Shown: piece after piece, positions 1 to 8,924 of the stretch
How the letters are laid out: each line of letters starts with the position of its first letter
How positions within the stretch are numbered: the stretch's first letter is position 1
Assembly (NCBI GenBank): GCA_903861125.1
Contig: CAIOTF010000013.1
Span: 1,482-65,481 of the forward strand
Source: an uncultured Ignavibacteriota bacterium
GTDB taxonomy: Bacteria; Bacteroidota; Ignavibacteria; UBA10030; UBA8401
Direction: 5' to 3'
DNA length: 64,000 nt
The notes under the pieces: model-generated
What the model saw: only the letters and a program-made list of their open reading frames with translations
The model's database searches: none
Told to the model about the DNA's origin: nothing
Position numbers and translations under genes: made by a program

Positions 1-91
1 CAACTACAGTCCAATCTCCTGGTATTCCAATTACCGTTTAGGGAGCAACTTCAAATCAACTTCAGGATTCTGCATCGACAGCGATCACGGT

Positions 92-1819
92 ATGACAATC
101 GAACAAGCATTGGATAAACTCCAACAGCTTGGATTGAACTACGCACTAATCACAACCAAAAGTCATACTCAAGAAGCACACCGCTTCCGCATACTCATAC
201 CATTCAATAAGACGGTTCACTCCTACAAGGTGTATCGAACAATCATCGATGCGATCTGCAAGCACTTTCCGCAGTCTGATAATGCAGTATTTGATGGTGC
301 TCGTCAATTATATGGATCTCCTGACACAGCAACATACCATTCGCACTGGGATGGAAAGGATTTTGATGTGGCTCCGTTGCTCGTTGCAGGAGAATGGGAT
401 TCATCTTTGAGAATGATTGATGCCCATAAGAAACAATTCGTCATTACATCGTTCAAAGAAAAAACACCTATTTGTTGTCCTTTTCACGGTGACGATAATG
501 CATCAGCATTCATTGAATACAGTGAGGAGTCGAAGAATCATTTTATCCGATGTTCATCATGTGGTAAGTCGTTCTGGAAGATAAAAGAACCGTTATCAAT
601 GGAAGAACGCTGCAAAGAGTTCTATTCGATTGGGACCGGCATTTATCAAATCAGTATCACGGCCGGTGAATTCTCAATGAGCGAGATAGGAGAAAAGAAG
701 TTTGAGGCCTTGATCGGCGCAGTTTCAAAGGAAGAAAGAGATAATGCCTATGCGTGGTTGATGCAGAACCATCATTTCAAGGATATGAAGAAAGTTGAGC
801 ATATCGGAGATATGAACGCATCGGCAACATACTTTGAAGTAAAACCGGAAGACGCTTTGATTCGTGTGCATTATGCGCCGCTAGAGGAAGAGATATGCGA
901 TAATAATTTTATTGATGATTATTTGGCTTTACAATTCGGTATCTATAAAGATTTCGTTAAGGCATATATCGCAGTCTACTGTTACACCAACTATAGAAAA
1001 CTTCCCTTCCTCATCCTTACAGGGAAACGGGGAGCAGGAAAGAACAGCTTTGCAGAACTACTGGGTGAGATATTCCAGCCGCTTTCAATCGCATGGGGTG
1101 CTAAGGCCGGACAATTCACTCCTGAGTATGAGAAGAAGCTTTTGACCGCCGATGAAACAGTAACCGAGGATCACAAGCAGTACTTGGATCTGAAACGCCA
1201 AAGCGGGTCCAAATATCTTCCGATCAACAAGAAGTTCCAACATCCATATCAGGTCAGGAACAATGTCAACATCATTATTCTTTCAAACGCTCGATATCCT
1301 ATTCAGGTGGAACGAGATGAAATACCGACGGATGATAAAGACAATCAGTTTTTCGTGTTCAAGATGGAACGGAAGTATACCGCAGTTGATGCAACCTATG
1401 CAGAGAAGCTCCGAGCACGCTTAGGTCACTACGTGCGAACAGAACTGAAAAAAGTGTATAACGCTCTCAACATCGATCAGTTTCGTTATTCTATACCGGT
1501 TCCTATCACCGATTACGAGAAAGAGCTGTTCGCGAGTTCTGCGACATCCGAGGAGCAATTCGTCGACAACATCCTATTGAAGTTTAAGGATGCGTATGAT
1601 GGACTGATTCCGGGATACGAAGGATTTCTGAAAAAGGGGCTGGTCCCATCTGATTTTATTGAGGACACCATTACCAAAGTCGATAAGAATAAGGTCGTGA
1701 AGTTGTTGCGATCTGAAGGGTATTTGACTTCAGATAAGGTGACTCGAGATGCAATCAACAAAGATCGGAAGTATTGCTATGCTGCAACAGCTCTGCTTAC
1801 GACATACCTTTCAGCGTAA
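92..1819 (+). CDS. Phage/plasmid primase-helicase (P4-alpha/D5-like: zinc-ribbon primase region plus P-loop NTPase)
   Basis: CPFHGDDNASAF...CSSCGKSF is a zinc-binding primase-type motif. LTGKRGAGKNSF is a Walker A motif. 575 aa. Next to the integrase and the ori-like repeats. Confidence 0.65.
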   Translation: MTIEQALDKLQQLGLNYALITTKSHTQEAHRFRILIPFNKTVHSYKVYRTIIDAICKHFPQSDNAVFDGARQLYGSPDTATYHSHWDGKDFDVAPLLVAGEWDSSLRMIDAHKKQFVITSFKEKTPICCPFHGDDNASAFIEYSEESKNHFIRCSSCGKSFWKIKEPLSMEERCKEFYSIGTGIYQISITAGEFSMSEIGEKKFEALIGAVSKEERDNAYAWLMQNHHFKDMKKVEHIGDMNASATYFEVKPEDALIRVHYAPLEEEICDNNFIDDYLALQFGIYKDFVKAYIAVYCYTNYRKLPFLILTGKRGAGKNSFAELLGEIFQPLSIAWGAKAGQFTPEYEKKLLTADETVTEDHKQYLDLKRQSGSKYLPINKKFQHPYQVRNNVNIIILSNARYPIQVERDEIPTDDKDNQFFVFKMERKYTAVDATYAEKLRARLGHYVRTELKKVYNALNIDQFRYSIPVPITDYEKELFASSATSEEQFVDNILLKFKDAYDGLIPGYEGFLKKGLVPSDFIEDTITKVDKNKVVKLLRSEGYLTSDKVTRDAINKDRKYCYAATALLTTYLSA

Positions 1820-1843
1820 GGTATAGATCTAAAATGCCTACAG

Positions 1844-1880
1844 TGGCTGCTCTCATAATCGGGGACAGCCATTTTTTTTG
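1844..1880 (+). terminator. Putative rho-independent terminator after the primase gene
   Basis: Stem TGGCTG...CAGCCA enclosing a large loop, followed by ATTTTTTTTG. The loop is large, so this is weak to moderate. Confidence 0.35.
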
Positions 1881-1906
1881 TCGAATTTAAAGGCGATTTA
1901 GAGCAA

Positions 1907-2040
1907 ATGACTATAATGACTGTAATGACTGTTCTTTTTTATTTTTTTCTATAATTATTAGTATACAGATATATAATAGTATATAAATATATATAGAGTA
2001 GATCCGGAAAAAACATGGTCATTACAGCCATTACAGTCAT
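1907..2040. repeat. Candidate replication-origin repeats: 3x9-bp direct iterons, an 80-bp AT-rich spacer, and 3x9-bp iterons in inverted orientation
   Basis: Direct iterons at 1907..1933: ATGACTATA / ATGACTGTA / ATGACTGTT. The spacer 1934..2013 is almost pure A/T with TATATA runs. 2014..2040 reads CATGGTCAT / TACAGCCAT / TACAGTCAT, which is the reverse complement of ATGACTGTA / ATGGCTGTA / ATGACCATG. Confidence 0.5.
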
Positions 2041-2045
2041 TGAGC

Positions 2046-2065
2046 CGTATTCACTAGTGAATACG
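2046..2065. promoter_or_regulatory. Perfect 20-bp palindrome CGTATTCACTAGTGAATACG (candidate operator or ori-associated binding site)
   Basis: The sequence is its own reverse complement. It lies between the iteron region and the small ORF and integrase. Confidence 0.45.
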
Positions 2066-2117
2066 TATTTCTTTGTGGCTGTTCTCGTTTCAGATACAGG
2101 CAGTGGATGGTCATTAT

Positions 2118-2339
2118 TCATCCGGCCAGAATAGCGCTGGTTAGCGTGATCGTTGAAGCCTTTTCGAAATCATCCACCGTTATTTCTTCGATATTTTTTA
2201 TTTGCCCATTGATATAGAGCCAGGCTTGCTTTTCCTGCACAACTTGTTTTATATGAGCCATTGCTTCCGTCACTGGTTTTTCGTGAGAGCTGAAAGCCGG
2301 ATGAGTTATTATTGTATAGCGAATCAATTGTTCGTTCAT
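2118..2339 (-). CDS. Hypothetical small protein (73 aa) of the integrative element; could be an excisionase or regulator, unproven
   Basis: ORF lying between the ori-like region and the integrase. No recognisable motif. Confidence 0.35.
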   Translation of the reverse strand: MNEQLIRYTIITHPAFSSHEKPVTEAMAHIKQVVQEKQAWLYINGQIKNIEEITVDDFEKASTITLTSAILAG

Positions 2340-2446
2340 AAGTAGATCTCCTTTTATAAATTAGTGTTTGCACCGCGTACATCCGTTAATCCGGGTACCC
2401 GTAGGGTGCTTTTGGATAGCTTTGGATGCTCTTGCGGTGGTTGTTT

Positions 2447-3469
2447 TTAATTTAGTAGGTTCACTGCATTTATAGCATCCGATCCCAGGCTATGTGTGTA
2501 TTTTTCGGTTACCACAAGACTAGAATGTCCCGCCAGTGATTGCACCACTCTTATATCAGCCCCTCTTCTTATTAGATTCGAACAAAACGAATGGCGAAGA
2601 CTATGAAAATGTAATTTAGTTTGCTTACCAAAGACTGCCGAACATGCCCTCTTAAACTGGTGCTGAACCATATCTGGAAGAACAGTAAAAACCAAAACCT
2701 CATCCTTTCGATTTTTCCAATGTTCGCGCAATGTACTAAGACATTCCTCATTCATTGGAATGAGACGCTGTTTCTTATTTTTAGTAGTAAAGGTGTCGGT
2801 ATTTTGTATAGTAATCAGCCGATTAGTAAAATCAATTGAAGACCATCTCAAACCAATTAATTCACCACGCCGCATACCTGTGTTGAATGCAACTGTGACT
2901 ATCGTTCTTGTTTCAGAATGGCAGATCTTCTCAACAATTTTTTTGAAATCATCTAACGTTATAAAGGGAGCATCTACCTGCGGTGGTTTAGGACGTTTTA
3001 CTTTTCGCCATAAATTCTCAGTTAAGTATCCCCACTCAACTGCCTTCTGGAATGCTGCTGCCAGGGTGATGTAGTGTTTCCGTGCCGTGTGAATTGAGGT
3101 CTTTAATTTTAGATGCGTGATGAACTGATCTATATCTCTTAGCGTTATGGACGTTAGAATGCGATTGCTTATTATCATCTCAAACCATCTGAAGCCATCA
3201 ACAACGGCACTTTGCGTGCTGAGGGTATGGTATCCTTCGGAGAACTTCTTGTATTCTTCCCGAAATAGTAGAAGAGTTATTTCGGTTGGTCTTTGGCGAT
3301 CAGGTCGTATGATGAAATCCTTTAGAACAACATAAGCTTCATCTTTTTTTTGTTTTCTGGTGGATTTTTGTTTCCGTATGCCTTTTTCAGTATATTGAAT
3401 ATAATAGACACCGGAACGTTTGTTTTTGAAAATTGATGCGGTTGGCATTGCTTGCACTCCTGCTTGCAC
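2447..3469 (-). CDS. int: Tyrosine-type site-specific integrase/recombinase
   Basis: C-terminal catalytic signature: GMRRGE ... HSLRHSF ... IRRGADI ... LAGHSS ... TEKYTH (R, H-x-x-R, R, Y). 340 aa. Adjacent to the tRNA fragment. Confidence 0.9.
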   Translation of the reverse strand: MQAGVQAMPTASIFKNKRSGVYYIQYTEKGIRKQKSTRKQKKDEAYVVLKDFIIRPDRQRPTEITLLLFREEYKKFSEGYHTLSTQSAVVDGFRWFEMIISNRILTSITLRDIDQFITHLKLKTSIHTARKHYITLAAAFQKAVEWGYLTENLWRKVKRPKPPQVDAPFITLDDFKKIVEKICHSETRTIVTVAFNTGMRRGELIGLRWSSIDFTNRLITIQNTDTFTTKNKKQRLIPMNEECLSTLREHWKNRKDEVLVFTVLPDMVQHQFKRACSAVFGKQTKLHFHSLRHSFCSNLIRRGADIRVVQSLAGHSSLVVTEKYTHSLGSDAINAVNLLN

Positions 3470-3507
3470 TGCCTCAAAAAGAGCGCTTTCGCCTTTGTTT
3501 TATTGGC

Positions 3508-3560
3508 AGCTCGTCGGGCTCATAACCCGAAGGTTCTAGGTTCAAGTCCTAGCCCCGCTA
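3508..3560 (+). pseudogene. 3'-terminal ~53-nt fragment of initiator tRNA-Met (anticodon CAT), i.e. an attachment-site copy and not an intact tRNA gene
   Basis: AGCTCGTCGGGCTCATAACCCGAAGG is near-identical to the canonical bacterial tRNA-fMet D/anticodon region. The anticodon stem has three G:C pairs (TCGGG/CCCGA) with loop CTCATAA. T-arm CTAGG-TTCAAGT-CCTAG. Acceptor 3' strand CCCCGCT plus A. No matching 5' acceptor strand or D-stem lies upstream. Confidence 0.6.
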
Positions 3561-3569
3561 CTAAACGAA

Positions 3570-3596
3570 GGCATCGAAAGATGCCTTTTGTATTTT
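3570..3596 (+). terminator. Rho-independent terminator downstream of the tRNA fragment
   Basis: GGCATC-GAAA-GATGCC, a perfect 6-bp stem with a GNRA loop, followed by TTTTGTATTTT. Confidence 0.7.
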
Positions 3597-3669
3597 ACAG
3601 TTCAAGCGGAGCGTTTTTTGCGACGTCCCGCCGTTTTTAGGCGGGATCATAGCCCTGCTGCTAAAAGCT

Positions 3670-3697
3670 GGTGTCGAAAGATGCCTTTTGTATTTTT
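3670..3697 (+). terminator. Second copy of the terminator hairpin, in repeat unit 2
   Basis: GGTGTC-GAAA-GATGCC with wobble pairs, followed by TTTTGTATTTTT. Confidence 0.5.
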
Positions 3698-3820
3698 AAG
3701 GTCCAAGCGGAGCGTTTTTCGCGACGTCCCGCCATTTTTGGACGGGATCCTAGCCCCGCTGCTAAAAATGGTGTTCTTCTAGGACACCGTTTCCATTTTA
3801 AATGAAAATGCAGGAATATT

Positions 3821-4594
3821 ATGGAAAAAAGACTCTCAATACTGGTCTCAAATGATGACGGAATTTTGGCCGATGGCTTGGCAATATTGGTCAAAGAATT
3901 GCAGTCTATCGCCGATGTTACTGTCGTTGCACCGGACAGTCAGCAAAGCGCTGTCGGACACGCAATTACGGTTCATCGCCCTTTGCGTGTTAAAGAAGTG
4001 AAAAAAGATGGTCAGTTTTTCGGATATGCCGTTGACGGCACTCCTGCAGATTGCGTAAAATTAGCCATCCGGAACCTGATGAAAGCAAACCCGGATATTG
4101 TCGTTTCCGGTATCAACCATGGTTCGAATACTGCAATCAGCGTTATTTATTCCGGCACTGTTTCCGCGGCAACCGAAGGGACCATCCTTGGTATATCATC
4201 TTTTGCCATTTCTCTGACAACATTTGAAGCAAATGCTGACTTTACGTATGCTGCAAAATTTGCAAAATCATTAGCATTAAAAATTGCAGAGCACGGACTA
4301 CCCAAAGGCACGTTGCTGAATGTGAATGTCCCTCCAGTGCCCGAGGGAGATATCCGCGGTGTTGTGATCACGCGGCAGGGGAAATCAGTCTGGAACGACG
4401 AATTCGAGTCGCGCCGTGATCCCGGAAATAAACAATATTTTTGGCTGAAGGGAGAAATGGTGGAGCTGGATGAAGAGGAAGATATTGACCAGCGCGCAAT
4501 TTTGAATAATAAAATCTCAATTACCCCGATTCAATTCGATCTGACAAATTACGATATGATTGACAAACTGAAGGCATGGAAAATATCTCAATAG
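3821..4594 (+). CDS. surE: 5'/3'-nucleotidase SurE
   Basis: N-terminus LVSNDDGILADGL with the typical SurE fold signature. 257 aa. Confidence 0.9.
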   Translation: MEKRLSILVSNDDGILADGLAILVKELQSIADVTVVAPDSQQSAVGHAITVHRPLRVKEVKKDGQFFGYAVDGTPADCVKLAIRNLMKANPDIVVSGINHGSNTAISVIYSGTVSAATEGTILGISSFAISLTTFEANADFTYAAKFAKSLALKIAEHGLPKGTLLNVNVPPVPEGDIRGVVITRQGKSVWNDEFESRRDPGNKQYFWLKGEMVELDEEEDIDQRAILNNKISITPIQFDLTNYDMIDKLKAWKISQ

Positions 4595-4678
4595 ACTTGT
4601 TATGAGAAAATTTTAACAACCTTCACGTTGCTTCTCGTTACCCTTTTCGGTAAATTTATTCCCATTTTAAGAGAAAAT

Positions 4679-5653
4679 ATGCGCGCAATTATTCCTGTGG
4701 CAGGAGTCGGAAGCCGGCTTCGTCCACATACATATACAGTTCCCAAGGTGCTATTAAATGTAGCCGGTAAGCCGATTATCGGTCACATTATGGATAAGAT
4801 CATTGCCGAAGGATTTGATTCTGCAACGATTATTGTCGGGTACCTCGGCGATCTTATTAAAGAATATATCTCAGATAACTATAAGATCAAGGTCGATTTT
4901 GTAGAACAGGAAGAACGACTCGGACTTGGGCATGCGATCTATTTGTCGCGGCACACCATTTCCAAAGATCCCATTCTCATTATTCTTGGCGACACAGTGT
5001 TCGATGTCGATCTCGGAAAGATGATTAAGAGCGAATATTCTACCATCGGAGTGAAAGAAGTCCAGGATCCGCGGCGCTTTGGCGTTGCCGAAACGAAGGA
5101 CGGATACATATCCAAACTTATTGAAAAACCGGAACACCCCACAAGCAATCTCGCCATTGTCGGACTCTACTATATTAAGCATCCCGATATTTTGATCGAA
5201 TGCCTGAAAGAGAATATCAAACGCGACGTGCGTACGAAAAATGAATATCAGTTGACCGACGGTCTTCAGGCTATGATCGAACGGGGCGAAAAATTAACAA
5301 CCTTCAGCATTGAAGGATGGTTCGATTGCGGTAAACCGGAAACGCTGTTGGATACGAACCGTCACTTGCTGAATGAAACAAAAACAGACGGTATTCATGA
5401 AGGCGTTGTTGTCATTCCGCCGGTATTTATTTCGCCGACAGCGAAGGTCGAACGTTCGGTGATAGGACCATATGCTACAATTGCCGATGGTGCGGTGGTA
5501 ATTGATTCGATAGTGAAGAATTCTATCGTCAGCGAAAATGCAACGGTTGAAAAATCATTGCTCAATGATTCCATCATCGGCAGCAACGCGCGTATTACCG
5601 GCGGTTTCAAACGGATCAATATTGGCGATTCATCAGAATTAGAATATTACTAG
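4679..5653 (+). CDS. Sugar-phosphate nucleotidyltransferase (NTP-transferase domain plus C-terminal left-handed beta-helix)
   Basis: IIPVAGVGSRLRP...PKVLL is a G-x-G-x-R nucleotide-binding motif. The C-terminus has hexapeptide repeats (ADGAVVIDSIVKNSIVSENATV). The likely start is the Met at 4679 rather than the ORF-track start at 4628. Confidence 0.75.
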   Translation: MRAIIPVAGVGSRLRPHTYTVPKVLLNVAGKPIIGHIMDKIIAEGFDSATIIVGYLGDLIKEYISDNYKIKVDFVEQEERLGLGHAIYLSRHTISKDPILIILGDTVFDVDLGKMIKSEYSTIGVKEVQDPRRFGVAETKDGYISKLIEKPEHPTSNLAIVGLYYIKHPDILIECLKENIKRDVRTKNEYQLTDGLQAMIERGEKLTTFSIEGWFDCGKPETLLDTNRHLLNETKTDGIHEGVVVIPPVFISPTAKVERSVIGPYATIADGAVVIDSIVKNSIVSENATVEKSLLNDSIIGSNARITGGFKRINIGDSSELEYY

Positions 5654-5689
5654 AACTATTTTTTAAACCAACGAGGAGTACTTTTTTCA

Positions 5690-6826
5690 ATGCGTTATCT
5701 TTTTACTTCAGAATCGGTTTCAGAAGGACATCCCGACAAAGTTGCCGATCAAATTTCAGATGCTGTTCTTGATGCATTACTGGCTCAGGACAAATATTCA
5801 CGTGTCGCGTGTGAAACAATGGTTACAACCGGACAAGTTATCGTTGCCGGCGAAGTAACGACCAATGCGTATATCGACATTCACGAAGTGGTTCGCGGAA
5901 CAATCAAAGAAATTGGCTATACGAAAGCAGAATATAAATTTGATGCCGAATCATGCGGCATATTAAATGCTATTCATTCACAATCCGCAGATATTGCCAT
6001 GGGTGTGAATACCGGCGGAGCCGGCGACCAGGGAATGATGTTCGGATATGCAAACAGTGAAACTCCCGAACTGATGCCTGCGGCTATTATGTACGCACAT
6101 CAGTTGGTGAAGAAACTTGCTGATATCCGGAAAAAGAATCCGAAACTGATGCCGTATCTTCGCCCCGATGCAAAATCGCAGGTGACCATCGAGTATGAAG
6201 GACGAAAACCGATCCGTGTTGATGCGGTTGTTATCTCCACGCAGCACGATCCGACCGTCTCGCAAAAAAAGATCAAAGACGATGTGATCAACAATGTTAT
6301 CAAAAAGGTCATTCCCGCCCGCTTCCTTGATAAGAAAACTAAGTACTATGTGAATCCGACCGGTAACTTTGTTATCGGCGGTCCTCACGGCGACAGCGGT
6401 CTGACCGGACGCAAAATCATCGTTGATACATACGGCGGACGCGCGCCTCACGGCGGCGGAGCATTTTCGGGAAAAGATCCCTCCAAAGTGGACCGCAGTG
6501 CCGCGTATGCAACACGCCATCTCGCAAAGAACGTTGTTGCGGCAGGCCTTGCAGAAGAATGCCAGATCCAGGTTGCATATGCCATTGGTGTTGCAGAACC
6601 TGTTTCAATCTACGTTCAGACCTTCGGCACCGGCGTTATGCCCGATGCGGAAATCTCAAAGATCCTGGTAAAGAATGTCGATATGACTCCTCGCGGCATC
6701 ATCAAACGTTTAAATTTGCTCCGGCCGGTCTATAAAAGTTCGGCGGCGTACGGACATTTCGGACGGGATGAATTTTCGTGGGAACAGCTGGACCTTGTTT
6801 CAACATTGAAGAAAGCAGCAAAATAA
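5690..6826 (+). CDS. metK: S-adenosylmethionine synthetase
   Basis: [17 protein letters not shown] and [19 protein letters not shown] motifs. 378 aa. Confidence 0.95.
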   Translation: MRYLFTSESVSEGHPDKVADQISDAVLDALLAQDKYSRVACETMVTTGQVIVAGEVTTNAYIDIHEVVRGTIKEIGYTKAEYKFDAESCGILNAIHSQSADIAMGVNTGGAGDQGMMFGYANSETPELMPAAIMYAHQLVKKLADIRKKNPKLMPYLRPDAKSQVTIEYEGRKPIRVDAVVISTQHDPTVSQKKIKDDVINNVIKKVIPARFLDKKTKYYVNPTGNFVIGGPHGDSGLTGRKIIVDTYGGRAPHGGGAFSGKDPSKVDRSAAYATRHLAKNVVAAGLAEECQIQVAYAIGVAEPVSIYVQTFGTGVMPDAEISKILVKNVDMTPRGIIKRLNLLRPVYKSSAAYGHFGRDEFSWEQLDLVSTLKKAAK

Positions 6827-6933
6827 AAATAATTATTTATTGGCAGCGAGCGAATAGTTGCCAGTTCAAACTAACCACGATCCGAAGAAATATCTTCGGA
6901 ACGTGGTTATAATTCACAACTAAAGGAGCAACA

Positions 6934-8277
6934 ATGAGTGCAGTAATGGGTGAAGCAACAGTAAAGAAAATTTCTAAACCGTCGCTTCCGTACAAAGTAA
7001 AAGACATGTCCTTGGCAAAATGGGGACGAAAAGAAATTAAATTAGCCGAAGTTGAAATGCCCGGTTTAATGGCAATCCGCGAAGAATATAAAGGCAAAGC
7101 TCCGTTAAAAGGCGCCCGCATTGCCGGTTGTTTGCATATGACAATCCAAACGGCCGTACTGATCGAAACACTGGTTGATCTCGGTGCAGAAGTATCGTGG
7201 TCATCATGCAATATTTTTTCTACGCAGGATCACGCTGCCGCCGCTATCGCAGCAGCAGGGATTCCGGTTTATGCATGGAAAGAAATGTCCGCGGAAGAAT
7301 TCGATTGGTGCATTGAGCAGACATTGTTTGCATTTAAAGATGGCAAACAGCTCAATATGATTCTTGATGATGGCGGAGATCTGACGAACATGGTGTTCGA
7401 TAAGTACCCCGAACTCGCTGCTGGAATTAAAGGTCTTTCCGAAGAGACAACGACCGGTGTCCATCGTTTATATGAACGGATGAAGAACGGAACATTGTTG
7501 ATGCCCGCGATCAATGTCAACGACTCCGTTACAAAATCAAAATTCGATAACAAATACGGCTGCCGCGAATCGCTAGTCGATGCTATCCGCCGCGCCACAG
7601 ATTTGATGCTTGCCGGTAAAGTTGCTGTTGTTGCAGGTTTCGGCGATGTCGGTAAAGGTTCTGCGGATTCATTGCGCGATGCAAAAGTCCGCGTGATTGT
7701 CACGGAAATCGATCCGATCTGCGCACTGCAGGCTGCAATGGAAGGTTACGAAGTGAAGCGTATGGATGATGCGGTGAAAGAAGCTGATATCATCGTCACG
7801 ACGACCGGCAATAAAAACATTATCACTGCGAAGCATTTCAAAGCAATGAAGCATAACGCGATTGTCTGCAATATCGGTCACTTCGATATCGAGATCGACA
7901 TGGCTTGGCTGAATGCGAATTATGGAAAGACGAAAGATACCATTAAACCGCAGGTGGACAAGTATACGATCGACGGCAAGGACATCATCGTACTGGCTGA
8001 AGGACGTCTTGTCAATCTCGGCTGTGCCATGGGCCATCCGTCATTTGTGATGTCGAATTCATTCTCGAACCAGGTGCTTGCACAATTCGAGTTGTGGAAT
8101 AATTCGGATAAATACGAGAAGAAAGTCTATACACTGCCGAAATATCTCGACGAAAAAGTTGCACGTTTGCATCTGAAAAAGATCGGTGTTGAACTCGATG
8201 TTCTTTCCGAAGATCAGGCGCAATATATCGGTGTTGCGGTGGAAGGACCGTACAAACCGGACTATTACCGGTATTAA
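6934..8277 (+). CDS. ahcY: Adenosylhomocysteinase (SAH hydrolase)
   Basis: Full-length AhcY-like sequence with NAD-binding [10 protein letters not shown]. 447 aa. Confidence 0.95.
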   Translation: MSAVMGEATVKKISKPSLPYKVKDMSLAKWGRKEIKLAEVEMPGLMAIREEYKGKAPLKGARIAGCLHMTIQTAVLIETLVDLGAEVSWSSCNIFSTQDHAAAAIAAAGIPVYAWKEMSAEEFDWCIEQTLFAFKDGKQLNMILDDGGDLTNMVFDKYPELAAGIKGLSEETTTGVHRLYERMKNGTLLMPAINVNDSVTKSKFDNKYGCRESLVDAIRRATDLMLAGKVAVVAGFGDVGKGSADSLRDAKVRVIVTEIDPICALQAAMEGYEVKRMDDAVKEADIIVTTTGNKNIITAKHFKAMKHNAIVCNIGHFDIEIDMAWLNANYGKTKDTIKPQVDKYTIDGKDIIVLAEGRLVNLGCAMGHPSFVMSNSFSNQVLAQFELWNNSDKYEKKVYTLPKYLDEKVARLHLKKIGVELDVLSEDQAQYIGVAVEGPYKPDYYRY

Positions 8278-8312
8278 TATCCGGTCGCGGATCCGCACCA
8301 AGTAGAAATAAA

Positions 8313-8353
8313 AATTCCCTGAAGAGGTAAACTTTTCAGGGAATTTTGTTTAT
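8313..8353. terminator. Bidirectional rho-independent terminator between ahcY (+) and the convergent hypothetical gene (-)
   Basis: Perfect 11-bp stem AATTCCCTGAA / TTCAGGGAATT with an 11-nt loop. A-rich 5' flank and T-rich 3' flank. Confidence 0.7.
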
Positions 8354-8375
8354 AGAAAAAGTTTGAATAATTGTT

Positions 8376-8924
8376 CTATTGCCGTGCCTCTATTGCTTTT
8401 ACGTACATCGCGTTCAGTGACAGCCACGCCTTCACATTCTTCGGATGGATCCAGTCGTTACCGATCTCGTTCCACTCCGGCAGTGTATGCGGTAGACCGA
8501 TGCTGTCTACAAAATGTTCTTCAACAATAAAGTATTGATTTTTGAATGGAAGCATAAATCCTTTTCCTTCGGATAACACTTTTTTTGCCTGGGAATATTT
8601 TGCGAACCAGATATTCCAGTATGTCGTATAGCCTTTCGGATAGAACTGGTCGTTGATCTCTGCCAGCGGCGAAGTTTCTGCCGCATGATCAAGGGCGGAT
8701 TTCAATTCTGTCCATGATTCATAACTATTTTCGTGTGCGATGACGTTGAATGCATGCTTCAATTGAAGAGCGTTCAAAGAATCCGCATCATTGGCGGAAA
8801 GATTGTTCAGTGCAGACAATGCATGGAACCGGGCAATGGCCTCTAAGTTCTGCTGCTGCGCGTGTTTTAAGAGGAGATCCGCTTCGTTCTTAAGAAATTC
8901 GTAGTGTGTGTGAAATATATTCAT
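8376..8924 (-). CDS. Hypothetical protein (182 aa)
   Basis: Clean ORF with no recognisable motif. Convergent with ahcY. Confidence 0.4.
   Translation of the reverse strand: MNIFHTHYEFLKNEADLLLKHAQQQNLEAIARFHALSALNNLSANDADSLNALQLKHAFNVIAHENSYESWTELKSALDHAAETSPLAEINDQFYPKGYTTYWNIWFAKYSQAKKVLSEGKGFMLPFKNQYFIVEEHFVDSIGLPHTLPEWNEIGNDWIHPKNVKAWLSLNAMYVKAIEARQ

Larger units (their letters stand above)
1..3560. mobile_element. Right-hand end of an integrative element (prophage or genomic island) inserted at an initiator tRNA-Met site; the left end lies outside the window
   Basis: A tyrosine integrase (2447..3469) lies immediately next to a 3' fragment of tRNA-fMet (3508..3560). A P4/D5-like primase-helicase (92..1819) is followed by an iteron/AT-rich/palindrome ori-like region. 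Core genes (surE, metK...) begin directly downstream. Confidence 0.55.
3561..3768. repeat. Two ~100-bp tandem direct repeat units (plus a degenerate third start at 3763..3800), each carrying an 18-bp copy of the tRNA 3' end
   Basis: Unit 1 is 3561..3660 and unit 2 is 3661..3768, aligning along their full length with few mismatches. The units end in ATCATAGCCCTGCTGCTAAA and ATCCTAGCCCCGCTGCTAAAAA, compared with the tRNA end TCCTAGCCCCGCTACTAAA. Confidence 0.7.

Noticed and set aside
1939-2121. A 60-aa ORF on the minus strand
   Set aside because: It lies wholly in the AT-rich iteron/palindrome region. Its translation is low-complexity (YIYLYTIIYLY). It is most likely non-coding origin DNA.
3481-3560. 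A possible intact tRNA-Met gene
   Set aside because: The anticodon arm, T-arm and 3' acceptor strand are present. No complementary 5' acceptor strand (AGCGGGG-like) or D-stem exists in the ~30 nt upstream. It is therefore a 3' fragment and not a functional tRNA.
5654-5689. A possible SAM riboswitch upstream of metK
   Set aside because: The intergenic spacer is only 36 nt, too short for any SAM riboswitch class.
5978-6520. A 180-aa antisense ORF inside metK
   Set aside because: It overlaps a highly conserved, unambiguous metK reading frame and is an artefact of GC-rich codon position 3. The same applies to the antisense ORFs at 13178..13771 (in etfA), 10240..10671 (in hisD), 42831..43493 (opposite tal), 58307..58768 (in DAHPS), 37823..38065 and 38135..38413 (opposite the DUF2062 gene), and 912..1145 (inside the primase gene).
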